Assembly: GCF_009557235.1 (NCBI RefSeq) | Contig: NZ_CP045650.1 | Location: forward strand, 2,010,001-2,042,000 | Direction of reading: 5' to 3' | DNA length: 32,000 nucleotides | From: Acinetobacter wanghuae | GTDB taxonomy: Bacteria > Pseudomonadota > Gammaproteobacteria > Pseudomonadales > Moraxellaceae | Notes under the pieces: generated by a model | Told to the model about the DNA's origin: nothing | Database searches by the model: none | The model's input: the letters and a program-made list of their open reading frames with translations, nothing else | Program-made: the position numbers and the translations under genes | Shown here: positions 17,039-27,882 of the stretch, one piece after another | Numbering within the stretch: the first letter of the stretch is position 1 | How the letters are laid out: every line of letters starts with the position of its first letter

Positions 17039-17229
17039 TCTTGCATAAGATTGCAAATTAAATTTGGCATATTTTATGCAACCTAGAAATTCAAAATCTT
17101 GCTGGTAAAAAGCGTGTTTTTCAAGTAAATTGGCGCGCTTTTACTTAAAAACTAGGGGGGATCGTTCGTCTCAAACGATCCTTATTCGATCTGACTGATC
17201 CTTGATCAACGATTAAGAGGATAACGCCG

Positions 17230-18618
17230 TTGACTAATATCACTGGGACTCAATCGGCAGCTAAACTGCAAAAAACGCTAGGTCTCTGGCACATTATCAT
17301 TATTGGTTTAGCTTACATTCAACCAATGACTTTATTTGATACATTTGGCTTAGTATCAGAAGAAAGTCATTTTCACGTTCCTACTTCGTACATTATTGCC
17401 CTCATTGCAATTTTGTTCACCTCGATTAGTTATGGTCATATGATCCGTCGCTACCCATCTTCGGGTTCAGCGTATACCTATGCCCAAAAATCCATTCACC
17501 CCAACGTGGGCTTCATGGTAGGTTGGTCATCTTGGTTGGATTATTTATTATCGCCAATGGTGAATATCATCCTTGCGGTAATTTACTTAGAAGCATTATT
17601 CCCTGACGTGAATCACTGGGTATGGGTGATTGTACTGACTGCATTCATGACAGGTATTAACTTACGCGGGGCGCGTTTTGTCGCGAACTTCAACAGCCTG
17701 ATTGTATTGGTGCAGTTGATCGTGATTGGTGTATTCACTTGGTTGGTCTACAGCAAGCTTCAAGCAGGTTACAACGCTGATGGCGTGATTAGCCCAGAGG
17801 CTGCATCTCAGTTATGGAGCTTAGAGCCGTTTTGGAATAGCTTGACTGAAGTTGGTCCACTGATTACAGGTGCAACGTTACTGTGCTTCTCATTCACAGG
17901 CTTTGACTCACTTAGCTCACTGGCTGAAGAAACCAAAGATACTGAAAAAACCCTGCCTAAAGCGATTTTCTTAACTGCTTTAATTGCAGGTGTGATCTTT
18001 ATTATTAGTACTTACTTTATGCAGTTATACTTCCCTTCTGCACCTGGTAATTACTTTAAAAATATTGCAGAAACTCAGCCTGAGATCTTACTTTTGGTGG
18101 GTGGTTCATTATTCCAAGCCTATGTACTTGGCTTCGCAATTGTGACCGTTATGGCATCTGGTATTTCGGCACATGCGGGCGTATCACGTTTAATGTATGT
18201 GATGGGTCGTGATGGCGTGATCAATAAAAAGATCTTTGGTCATATCAGTCCAAAAAGCTTCACACCGTCTTACAACATCTTAATTGTAGGCGTAGTTGCT
18301 TTGACTGCAGGCTTTATGGATCTAGACATCGTGATTTCGATGATCAGTTTCGGTGCATTGACTGCCTTTACTTTCGTTAACTTATCGGTCATTTCACGTT
18401 ATGCATTACGTGATGGACGTACCAAAACAGCGAAAGATATCTTTAGCTTCATTGTGATTCCATTACTGGGCTTTATCAGTATTTTCGCAATGTGGGTTGA
18501 GATTGAAGCAACTGCATTGAAATTCGGTTTATGGTGGGCAATGTTTGGTATTTTATACTTAGGTTATAAAACCAAAGGCTTTAAGCACCCTGCACCACAG
18601 CATAATGAATTTGAATAA
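17230..18618 (+). CDS. APC-superfamily amino acid/polyamine permease
   Basis: 462 aa with about 12 hydrophobic segments. The N-terminus ...LQKTLGLWHIIIIGLAYIQPMTLFDTFG... resembles the PuuP/YeeF branch of APC transporters. TTG start preceded by AAGAGG. Confidence 0.85.
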   Translation: MTNITGTQSAAKLQKTLGLWHIIIIGLAYIQPMTLFDTFGLVSEESHFHVPTSYIIALIAILFTSISYGHMIRRYPSSGSAYTYAQKSIHPNVGFMVGWSSWLDYLLSPMVNIILAVIYLEALFPDVNHWVWVIVLTAFMTGINLRGARFVANFNSLIVLVQLIVIGVFTWLVYSKLQAGYNADGVISPEAASQLWSLEPFWNSLTEVGPLITGATLLCFSFTGFDSLSSLAEETKDTEKTLPKAIFLTALIAGVIFIISTYFMQLYFPSAPGNYFKNIAETQPEILLLVGGSLFQAYVLGFAIVTVMASGISAHAGVSRLMYVMGRDGVINKKIFGHISPKSFTPSYNILIVGVVALTAGFMDLDIVISMISFGALTAFTFVNLSVISRYALRDGRTKTAKDIFSFIVIPLLGFISIFAMWVEIEATALKFGLWWAMFGILYLGYKTKGFKHPAPQHNEFE

Positions 18619-18638
18619 AATTCAGTCGTGTTGATGTT

Positions 18639-18666
18639 AAAAAAGGCGCTAAATGCGCCTTTTTTA
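18639..18666. terminator. Bidirectional terminator between the permease gene (+) and the secreted-protein gene (-)
   Basis: AAAAAAGGCGC-TAAAT-GCGCCTTTTTT. Confidence 0.85.
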
Positions 18667-18683
18667 ATATTTAAATTTCAAGC

Positions 18684-19118
18684 TTAATGTAGACGACAAT
18701 CAAACCCCATTTTGGTATCCACAATATTATTTTCATAGCCCAAGGCTTCAATAAAGAGATGTCGATTTTCTAAGAGTTTTTGATCTTCGACATTCAGACG
18801 TGCTTTGTTTTTCTGTGCCATGTTATAGGTGTCATTGACCACCCCTTGGAAAATATTACACACTTCCTGACGCTTAGGCTGTTTGAGTTGGCGCCCATGC
18901 CATGACCATTCAAAATCTTCTCTTTTTAATGTCTTGCCCCAATCTTCAATGCTCGTATTGAGCCGCTGCTGCATTTCCTGCAAACCTTGTTGAATCTCAG
19001 CTTTGCTAAAAGGTTGCACTTCTGGCACGACTTTTGGCATCTCAATCGGTGCTTTAGTTTCCTCAGCATGCGCAAACAAACTCAGCGTACAAGCTAGACT
19101 GCAGACTAAAATTCGCAT
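18684..19118 (-). CDS. Hypothetical secreted protein
   Basis: 144 aa. Sec signal peptide MRILVCSLACTLSLFAHA|EE (AXA site). The mature part has two Cys. SD AGAGGG. No family recognised. Confidence 0.5.
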   Translation of the reverse strand: MRILVCSLACTLSLFAHAEETKAPIEMPKVVPEVQPFSKAEIQQGLQEMQQRLNTSIEDWGKTLKREDFEWSWHGRQLKQPKRQEVCNIFQGVVNDTYNMAQKNKARLNVEDQKLLENRHLFIEALGYENNIVDTKMGFDCRLH

Positions 19119-19204
19119 TTCCCTCTTTCCTTTTCTTCTCTATTTCCTCTTTATACCGAATAACTTCTTGAAATCAAAACAATATGCTTACCTCGTTACA
19201 TAAA

Positions 19205-19232
19205 TAAAAAAACCACCCGAAGGTGGCTTTTA
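19205..19232 (-). terminator. Rho-independent terminator of trmL (minus strand)
   Basis: The minus strand reads AAAAGCCACC-TTCG-GGTGGTTTTTTTT. Confidence 0.8.
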
Positions 19233-19243
19233 ACAAGTCATAT

Positions 19244-19723
19244 TTATTTCAATTCTTGGAAATCTTGCTGACGCCAAGCTTCATATAAAATGACCGCAGT
19301 CGCATTCGAAAGATTCAAACTACGTGAATTGGCTGCCATCGGCAAACGAATCCAATGCTCTTTTGGGAACATCATGCGCACATCTTCAGGTAAACCACGG
19401 GTTTCAGGCCCCATCAACAACGCAACAGGACGATTAAGATTCGAAGTATGCGGTGTTTCAAAACCTTTGGTGGTGAGTGGATAAATGGCATCTTTACTAA
19501 TGCCTTCACTTTCTAAATGTGCAACACAGTCAGCGAAGTTTTCCCACACTTTCATGTGTGCCCATTCGTGATAGTCTAAACCTGCACGACGTAATTTTTT
19601 ATCATCCAAATCAAAAGCCAACGGCTTGACGAGATGAAGTTGTGCCCCAGTGTTTGCACACAGACGAATGATATTACCTGTGTTTGCAGGAATTTCAGGC
19701 TCGTATAAGACAACATGGATCAC
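19244..19723 (-). CDS. trmL: tRNA (cytidine/uridine(34)-2'-O)-methyltransferase, SpoU/TrmL family
   Basis: (M)IHVVLYEPEIPANTGNIIRLCANTGAQLHLV closely parallels the E. coli TrmL N-terminus. GTG 19723 gives 159 aa. The longer ORF-track start would overlap cysG. Confidence 0.9.
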   Translation of the reverse strand: MIHVVLYEPEIPANTGNIIRLCANTGAQLHLVKPLAFDLDDKKLRRAGLDYHEWAHMKVWENFADCVAHLESEGISKDAIYPLTTKGFETPHTSNLNRPVALLMGPETRGLPEDVRMMFPKEHWIRLPMAANSRSLNLSNATAVILYEAWRQQDFQELK

Positions 19724-19754
19724 AGGATTTCTCAACTTGTATAAATGCAGCAGC

Positions 19755-21128
19755 TTAGAGCCACTGTAATTGTTCACGTAAACGTACCACCTCACCAATA
19801 ATGGTTAAGGTCGGTGCATGGATTTGATGTTCAGTTACTTTAGAGGCGATATCGGCTAATGTACCCACCACGACTTTTTGCTCTGGGGTCGTCCCTTTCG
19901 AGATAAGTGCGACAGGCATATTCGGTCGTTGACCATGAGCAATGAGTTTTTCACAGATTTTCTCTAATCCGACCAAGCCCATATATAACACCAAGGTTTG
20001 GTTTTCATAGACTAACTCATGCCAAGGCAGTTCAGGTGAACCTTCCTTTAAATGCCCTGTTAGGAAACGGACACTTTGCGCATAATCACGATGCGTTAAC
20101 GGAATACCCGCATAAGCTGAACAGCCTGATGCTGCGGTAATCCCCGGCACGACTTGGAATGCTACGCCTGCTTCAAACAACTCTTGAATTTCTTCGCCAC
20201 CACGTCCAAAGATAAACGGATCGCCGCCTTTTAGACGACAAACGCGTTTGCCTTCATGGGCATATTTAACCAATAACGCATTAATCCCTTCTTGGGGTAC
20301 GGCATGATTGGAGCGTGCTTTACCAACATAGATCTTTTCGGCATCGCGTCGGCATAAATCCATAATTGGTTGAGAGACTAAACGATCGTAAATAATGACA
20401 TCCGCTTGTTGCATTAAGCGTAATGCTTTAAGCGTCAAGAGTTCAGGATCACCCGGTCCCGCACCGACCAAATAAACTTCACCTTTTGGTTTTTGCCATT
20501 CAATTAAGGCTTGCTCGATCAGTTGATCGGCTTCAGCAATATGGTCATTAAACACCTGCTCTTTTAAGGGACTGGCATACAAGTCTTCCCAAAAAATACG
20601 GCGTTCATCTGGATTAGCGATTTTGGCTTTGACTCGACTACGCCATTTTCCAGAAAATTCAGCAAGCTTACCCATGCCTTGCGGGACAGCAGCTTCTAAT
20701 TGGGTACGGATTTGACGGGCTAAAACGGGCGAAGCACCATTGGTTGCAATGGACACCACAAGCGGTGAACGATCGACAATAGCAGGTACCATAAAGCGGC
20801 AATGCGGTGGATCATCAACACTATTGACCAACACATTTTCAGCTTCACATGCTTCAAAGACCTGTTGATTGGTTTTAGCATCATCAGTTGCTGCAATAAC
20901 TAAACGATAAGAGCGGAGTTGAAGTGTTGTATCAAAAGAAATCTTTAAATATTGACCTTGCGTTTGCTCAACAATATTCAATAATTCAGCTTCAATCTCA
21001 GGAGATACCACTGAAATAATTGCGCCAGCTTTTTGGAGTAACAGCGCTTTACGGTAGGCAATACGACCACCGCCAACAATCAGACAAGGTTGCTGCTGCA
21101 ACTTTAAAGAGATCGGAAAAATATCCAC
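19755..21128 (-). CDS. cysG: Siroheme synthase (precorrin-2 dehydrogenase / ferrochelatase / uroporphyrinogen-III methyltransferase)
   Basis: 457 aa, GTG start with GAGG upstream. N-terminal Rossmann CLIVGGGRIAYRK and C-terminal methyltransferase GEVYLVGAGPGDPELLTLKALRLMQQADVIIYD...LKGGDPFIFGRGGEE. Confidence 0.93.
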   Translation of the reverse strand: MDIFPISLKLQQQPCLIVGGGRIAYRKALLLQKAGAIISVVSPEIEAELLNIVEQTQGQYLKISFDTTLQLRSYRLVIAATDDAKTNQQVFEACEAENVLVNSVDDPPHCRFMVPAIVDRSPLVVSIATNGASPVLARQIRTQLEAAVPQGMGKLAEFSGKWRSRVKAKIANPDERRIFWEDLYASPLKEQVFNDHIAEADQLIEQALIEWQKPKGEVYLVGAGPGDPELLTLKALRLMQQADVIIYDRLVSQPIMDLCRRDAEKIYVGKARSNHAVPQEGINALLVKYAHEGKRVCRLKGGDPFIFGRGGEEIQELFEAGVAFQVVPGITAASGCSAYAGIPLTHRDYAQSVRFLTGHLKEGSPELPWHELVYENQTLVLYMGLVGLEKICEKLIAHGQRPNMPVALISKGTTPEQKVVVGTLADIASKVTEHQIHAPTLTIIGEVVRLREQLQWL

Positions 21129-21242
21129 GATATAGCCTCAAATAATGTACTGACTGTGCAAATTTAAGGGTCTATTGTCAATTTAACTTATTTTGTAAAA
21201 CAAGCTAAAGACAACAGACCCTATTCAAATCAACCAATAAAC

Positions 21243-22559
<1,317 letters not shown>

Positions 22560-22733
22560 TCATCGCTAAAAATACAGCCTTCACAGCAATAGCTGCGCCT
22601 TATTAGAACAATAGCGAATGGATATTGGTATTTCAAAATCTTCTTATTTTTAAGCGTAAAGGAGAGAAATATTGATTGCTTCATTCTATTTATACAAAGC
22701 AACCTGAATGCCGATCAACCCTTCTCGCAAGCA

Positions 22734-22766
22734 ATAAAAAAGGGCAACTAAAATCTAGTCGCCCTT
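22734..22766 (-). terminator. Rho-independent terminator of lolA (minus strand)
   Basis: GGGCAACTA-AAATC-TAGTCGCCC hairpin (one mismatch), with the A-run on + (a T-run on the minus-strand transcript) at 22735-22741. Confidence 0.7.
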
Positions 22767-22799
22767 TACGCTCCATCAGTCCAACGTATTCATCAACGC

Positions 22800-23498
22800 T
22801 TATTGATCAATAATATCCGTACCTTTTGGCGGAGTGAAGTTAAAAGTCGATGCCGCAAGCGTTGGATTCACTTTGACATTACTAAAGTTAATATACGTGG
22901 TTTGACCCAATGAATCCTGTAAAATCATTAAGCTTGGCGCTTTATTCGCACCAAAACTAATGGTTAAGCTTTCAAACACACCATCTGGTTTTTTTGGATA
23001 CAAGGTGTAATAGGTTTTGGCTTTATTCGGCTGTGTCACACGATACGATTTCATGATTTCACTGGTATTACCCGATAACAACAGTGCCGGCGTATTTGCC
23101 ACTTGATCATCTAGGCTTTGACGTACCGCTTGTTGTAAGTCTGGATCATAAATCCATACTGTTTTACCCGAAGTTGCAATGGTTTGCTTTGATGGTGATG
23201 AAGTTTCCCAATAGAACTTACCTGGACGCGCCACTTTCATGGTGCCCTTAAAGGTGTGATTCATGTGCTGTGAACCCAAACCTTTCTTTTGAACAGCTTT
23301 AGGATTGGTCACTTTCGTGGTTTGTTCAAAGTTTGCGCTTAAGCTACGAATATTGGTTAAGTGTTTAACAAGGTTCGCAGTTGCTTGTTGCTCCGATGCC
23401 GCAACAGTCGCAGCAAATACAGTTGTCGTCATTACAGGTGCTGCAAGTGTTGCTGCGCCAAGTGCAATTGCACAAACAGTTTTACGAAGCATATTCAT
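22800..23498 (-). CDS. lolA: Outer-membrane lipoprotein carrier protein
   Basis: 232 aa, signal peptide ...TTTVFAATVA, then the LolA-type core ...LSANFEQTTKV...FYWETSSPSKQTI...VWIYDPDLQQ. SD AAGGTG. Confidence 0.88.
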   Translation of the reverse strand: MNMLRKTVCAIALGAATLAAPVMTTTVFAATVAASEQQATANLVKHLTNIRSLSANFEQTTKVTNPKAVQKKGLGSQHMNHTFKGTMKVARPGKFYWETSSPSKQTIATSGKTVWIYDPDLQQAVRQSLDDQVANTPALLLSGNTSEIMKSYRVTQPNKAKTYYTLYPKKPDGVFESLTISFGANKAPSLMILQDSLGQTTYINFSNVKVNPTLAASTFNFTPPKGTDIIDQ

Positions 23499-23671
23499 AC
23501 TTTCACCTTTTATATTTGCATCATTGCAATGTTTATCATTGTTTTATCTTAAACCAAATTGAAATCGCAAAATGCGAGAAAATAAGATGTTTTGTATGCT
23601 TATTTATGCAAAATGTCGGATTTTATCCATCATGATGAAGAACATAGCGAATGATAAGAAAAATACAGTGC

Positions 23672-23702
23672 TAAAAAAACCCGCTATAAAGCGGGCTTTT
23701 TT
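23672..23702 (-). terminator. Terminator after rpmA (hairpin flanked by A- and T-runs)
   Basis: AAAAAAACCCGC-TATAAA-GCGGGCTTTTTT. Confidence 0.8.
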
Positions 23703-23712
23703 CTATTTCAGC

Positions 23713-23967
23713 TTACGCTTCAACAGATACGTAGCGACGACCGAATTGGCCTTTCACTTCGAATTTGATTACGCCGTCAGCAGTCGCAAACAAAGTATGG
23801 TCACGGCCCATACCTACGTTTTGACCAGCGTGGAATTCAGTACCACGTTGACGAACGATAATGTTACCAGCAGTCACAGATTGACCGCCGTACATTTTAA
23901 CACCTAACATTTTAGGATTCGAGTCACGACCGTTTTTAGTCGAACCACCGGCTTTTTTAGTTGCCAT
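23713..23967 (-). CDS. rpmA: 50S ribosomal protein L27
   Basis: [28 protein letters not shown]...[25 protein letters not shown] is near-universal L27 sequence. Confidence 0.97.
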   Translation of the reverse strand: MATKKAGGSTKNGRDSNPKMLGVKMYGGQSVTAGNIIVRQRGTEFHAGQNVGMGRDHTLFATADGVIKFEVKGQFGRRYVSVEA

Positions 23968-23986
23968 GTCTATTTACTCCTCGTAA

Positions 23987-24298
23987 TTAGCCTGAAATAG
24001 CTGTAATTTTCAACTCAGTGAACCATTGACGGTGACCTTGTTGTTTACGATAGTGTTTACGACGACGCATTTTGATGATGCGGATTTTGTCGTGACGACC
24101 ATGGCTAACTACTTCAGCAGTTACAGTAGCACCAGCAACAACTGGAGCACCGATTTGAATGCTTTCACCGTTAACAAGCATCAACACGTCATCAAACGTA
24201 ATTGTTGAGCCAGTTTCAGCTTTCAATAATTCTACTTTAAGGGTTTCACCCTCAACTACACGGTGTTGTTTACCACCGCTTTGGATTACTGCGTACAT
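23987..24298 (-). CDS. rplU: 50S ribosomal protein L21
   Basis: [23 protein letters not shown]... 103 aa from ATG 24298. The ORF-track N-terminal extension is not L21-like. Confidence 0.97.
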   Translation of the reverse strand: MYAVIQSGGKQHRVVEGETLKVELLKAETGSTITFDDVLMLVNGESIQIGAPVVAGATVTAEVVSHGRHDKIRIIKMRRRKHYRKQQGHRQWFTELKITAISG

Positions 24299-24742
24299 AT
24301 TGTACTCCAAACAAGCCCGTGTCGTCGTGCCGATAAAGGAAGATATCGATCTTAAGACGTACGCCACTGGGGATATATAAGGGCGAGGATTTTAAGGGAT
24401 AATCAAAAAAACAACAAGCCATTTTAGCTAAATAATATCGTTCTATACTGTCTAACAGATAAGCAGTAAAATTAATTAAATAAAATCAGATATTCACATT
24501 TCAAAGATCAACAAAAAGCAACATTGTTTTTTATTTGGTTTGGTTTAGTATTTTGCACAAAATAATTCAGCGCTCGAGATGAGATAAAGAAGGCGATTTC
24601 ATGAGAATCATCTTAAAAATACATCCGAATAAACCTTAAAACCTGATTTTAAGGATTGTTTGTGCATTTCTTCTCTTACACAACTGTTATAAATTGTTAA
24701 ACTAAGATTTGAGATTTACCGACCATAGAGGCTTCCTTTCAC

Positions 24743-25720
24743 ATGACCATCGACTTTAAGCAAGATATTCTCGCGCCTGTTGCTCACGACTTTGCTGCGA
24801 TGGACACATTTATTAACGAAGGTATCACCTCAAAAGTGGCATTGGTGATGGCAGTCAGTAAACATGTGGTCGAAGCTGGCGGTAAACGTATGCGCCCAAT
24901 TATGTGCTTACTTGCGGCAAAAGCTTGTGGTGCAGATGATTTAGAACGTCATCGTAAGCTTGCAGCGATTATTGAAATGCTGCATACCGCAACATTGGTC
25001 CATGATGATGTGGTCGATGAATCGAATTTACGCCGTGGTCGTCCTACAGCGAATGCAACGTGGAATAATCAAACTGCTGTTTTGGTCGGCGATTTCCTCA
25101 TTTCACGTGCCTTCGATTTACTGGTCGATCTCGACAGTAAAGTATTACTGAAAGATTTCTCGACTGGTACGTGTGAGATTGCGGAAGGTGAAGTCTTACA
25201 ATTGCAAGCGCAACATCAACCGGACACGACTGAAGAAACCTATTTAAGTATTATTCATGGTAAGACTTCTCGCCTATTTGAATTGGCGACTGAAGGCGCT
25301 GCTATTTTATCTGGCACTGAACAATATCGTGAACCGCTGCGTTTATTTGCCGGTCACTTTGGTAATGCCTTCCAAATTATTGATGACATTTTAGATTACA
25401 CCTCGGATGCAGACACCTTAGGTAAAAATATTGGCGATGATTTAATGGAAGGTAAACCGACCTTGCCTTTAATCGCAGCCATGAAAAACACTTCAGGCAC
25501 TGACTTTGATTTGGTACGTAAAAGTATTGCCACTGGCGGCACTGAACATTTAAGTGATGTGATTCGTATTGTAAATGCATCAGGTGCTTTGGATTATTGC
25601 CGTCAACGTGCGACCGAAGAAACTGAAGCAGCAATTGCTGCCGTGAACCAACTTCCAGATTCAGAATATCGCCAAGCGCTCATTAATTTGGCTAAACTTG
25701 CCCTTCATCGTATTCAATAA
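24743..25720 (+). CDS. ispB: Octaprenyl-diphosphate synthase (all-trans polyprenyl diphosphate synthase)
   Basis: 325 aa. The two Asp-rich motifs LVHDDVVDES and FQIIDDILDY. Divergent from rplU-rpmA, as in other gammaproteobacteria. Confidence 0.93.
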   Translation: MTIDFKQDILAPVAHDFAAMDTFINEGITSKVALVMAVSKHVVEAGGKRMRPIMCLLAAKACGADDLERHRKLAAIIEMLHTATLVHDDVVDESNLRRGRPTANATWNNQTAVLVGDFLISRAFDLLVDLDSKVLLKDFSTGTCEIAEGEVLQLQAQHQPDTTEETYLSIIHGKTSRLFELATEGAAILSGTEQYREPLRLFAGHFGNAFQIIDDILDYTSDADTLGKNIGDDLMEGKPTLPLIAAMKNTSGTDFDLVRKSIATGGTEHLSDVIRIVNASGALDYCRQRATEETEAAIAAVNQLPDSEYRQALINLAKLALHRIQ

Positions 25721-25735
25721 AAGTAAAACTTGCCT

Positions 25736-27784
25736 ATGCATATCCATTTTCTCGATCTTTTCCAAAGCATGCAGCAACAGCTCGAACAGCCACGAGCTGT
25801 GTTGGATGAAAGCTTATTAATAGAACTGGTCAATCGAATTCGACCAGAAGACACTAAAGATAGCACCGAGATTGAGGAAAAATTTAATGCATTTGTACAA
25901 GCGTTATTAATTACCCCTGATGCGGTGTCAACCTTACAAACGTTTGTATTACGGGTTATTACTCGTTATAAGCAAACGAGTTTATTTTCCGACAGCGGGA
26001 TTTTATCGCTCGATGGTTTTTGGAATCAGCTGAATCAGCGGATGGGTGCACACATTCTGCCCCTCATTCCTGATCGTCAAAATCTACAAGAACTCGTCCG
26101 TCAAATTTTTTATAAAAGTACCGATAAGTACTGGCTTGATCATCTAGAAAATAAACATTGGCATCGTTTATTTAGTGTATTCAATCAAGGGCATTCTAAT
26201 CAATTTGAGAAAATACGCATTAAAGATGAGATGGTCAAAGCTTTAACCATTTTGTCTTATCGAATTAGTGGTATTGGTTTACACCCCGAATTTATTAATG
26301 CACAACCAGAACTCATGGAGTATGAATCCCCCTTTTTGGTTCAGAACCGTGAGATCAATGAGTTTATTCAAGAATATAAAAAACGCTATAACGATGTGAA
26401 TATTGTGGATGCGATTGCCCCACCCGATGCCTCTCAAGCACTGGTGATGCTCGAGCAATGTCATGATGTGGTCGCAAAGATACGCCGTTCGACCAAACGT
26501 ATTGGAGTTAGTGTCAGCCTGACCTATATGTTGGCGCTACTCGAACAATGTTTAGAACGCATTGAAATTCTACTGAACATGATGATGGATGATGACCAAT
26601 TGCGTTATCAATCGATTGGGCATTTTTTAGTTGATCTGACCGAAGCCATTTATAGCGAACGTAGTGTGCGGGCTTTATTAGCAACGAACAGTGAGTTATT
26701 GGCATTACAAGTCACGGAAAATGCCAGTAAAACGGGTGAGCATTATGTAAGCACTGACAAAAAAGGCTTTTTTGCCATGTATAAGTCAGCTGCTGGTGCC
26801 GGTGTCATCATTGCCATTATGGCGACCTTAAAAACCTTAATGGCACGTGTGTCCTTAGCACCCTTGATGCAAGCCTTCAGCTACAGTATGAATTACTCAC
26901 TCGGCTTTATGTTAATTCATGTCCTGCATTTTACCGTTGCGACCAAACAGCCCGCCATGACGGCTGCGGCACTTGCCTCTACCGTGCAACAGCGTAAAGG
27001 CTCGCGCATGGCACAAATTGCTGAATTGGCAGCATTGATTGTGAATATTATTCGCACCCAGTTTATTGCAATTTTAGGGAATATCTCTATTGCGATTCCG
27101 ACTGCGGCTTTGATTGCATTTCTGTGGGATAGCGCTTTACATGAACCACTCATGTCGCACGTGAAAGCGTCTAAAACCCTGCACGATCTTAACCCCTTCA
27201 CGTCACTCGCGATTCCTCATGCTGCCATTGCGGGAGTTTGTCTATTTTTATCTGGCTTACTTGCCGGTTACTTTGACAATATGGCGGTGTATCGTAAAGT
27301 CGGTCCGCGGATTAAAGCACATGTAGCTTTAGCAAAAATGATGGGGCAAGAACGTCTCACGCGCTTTGCTGACTATATTGAGCGCAATTTAGGTGCACTG
27401 GCGGGTAATTTTATTTTTGGGGTCATGCTCGGGAGCATGGGCACGATTGGCTTTATTTTAGGTTTACCGCTCGATATTCGTCATATTGCATTTGCTTCTG
27501 CAAACTTTATTCAAGGGTTAATGCATATTAATGGCCCTGATATCGGTTTGGTGATCGTGTCCTTTATGGGCGTGCTCTTGATTGGTTTAACCAACTTATT
27601 TGTAAGCTTCACTTTGACGATTATCGTGGCATTACGTGCCCGCCGAGTTCGGTTTGAACAATGGAAACCTTTAGCCAAATTGGTGATGACACACTTCTTA
27701 ACACGTCCAAGTGATTTCTTCTGGCCGCCTAAGAAAAACAATACGATTGACGAAAATCATACATCGAACAAATCACAAAATTGA
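25736..27784 (+). CDS. PF10136-type protein, usually annotated 'site-specific recombinase' (Gcr-like). Polytopic membrane protein of unknown real function
   Basis: About 682 aa. The soluble N-terminal half is followed by at least five or six ~20-aa hydrophobic segments (e.g. AGAGVIIAIMATLKTLMA, IAILGNISIAIPTAALIAFLW, IAGVCLFLSGLLAGYF, FIFGVMLGSMGTIGFILGL, LVIVSFMGVLLIGLTNLFVSFTLTIIVAL). The family call is from memory of Acinetobacter and Neisseria annotations and was not searched. Confidence 0.6.
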   Translation: MHIHFLDLFQSMQQQLEQPRAVLDESLLIELVNRIRPEDTKDSTEIEEKFNAFVQALLITPDAVSTLQTFVLRVITRYKQTSLFSDSGILSLDGFWNQLNQRMGAHILPLIPDRQNLQELVRQIFYKSTDKYWLDHLENKHWHRLFSVFNQGHSNQFEKIRIKDEMVKALTILSYRISGIGLHPEFINAQPELMEYESPFLVQNREINEFIQEYKKRYNDVNIVDAIAPPDASQALVMLEQCHDVVAKIRRSTKRIGVSVSLTYMLALLEQCLERIEILLNMMMDDDQLRYQSIGHFLVDLTEAIYSERSVRALLATNSELLALQVTENASKTGEHYVSTDKKGFFAMYKSAAGAGVIIAIMATLKTLMARVSLAPLMQAFSYSMNYSLGFMLIHVLHFTVATKQPAMTAAALASTVQQRKGSRMAQIAELAALIVNIIRTQFIAILGNISIAIPTAALIAFLWDSALHEPLMSHVKASKTLHDLNPFTSLAIPHAAIAGVCLFLSGLLAGYFDNMAVYRKVGPRIKAHVALAKMMGQERLTRFADYIERNLGALAGNFIFGVMLGSMGTIGFILGLPLDIRHIAFASANFIQGLMHINGPDIGLVIVSFMGVLLIGLTNLFVSFTLTIIVALRARRVRFEQWKPLAKLVMTHFLTRPSDFFWPPKKNNTIDENHTSNKSQN

Positions 27785-27854
27785 GATAATATGCCCAATT
27801 TTCAAGCATCTTATTTCATGAAAATTCTGCTTTTTGCACAAATTACACGCGCTT

Positions 27855-27882
27855 GAAAAAAAGTGTACTGACAAGTACACTT
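27855..27882 (-). terminator. Palindrome/hairpin oriented as a minus-strand intrinsic terminator (or an operator) upstream of PAP2-adeIJ
   Basis: AAGTGTACT-GACA-AGTACACTT (9-bp stem), preceded on + by a run of A (27856-27862). Only the minus-strand transcript would carry the U-tract. No minus-strand gene lies upstream of it. Confidence 0.4.

Noticed and set aside
23305-23907. Cluster of overlapping + strand ORFs (63-111 aa) across the lolA 5' end, the intergenic region and rpmA.
   Set aside because: They are antisense to well-supported lolA and rpmA frames. The peptides are Cys- and Leu-rich low-complexity sequence with no RBS.
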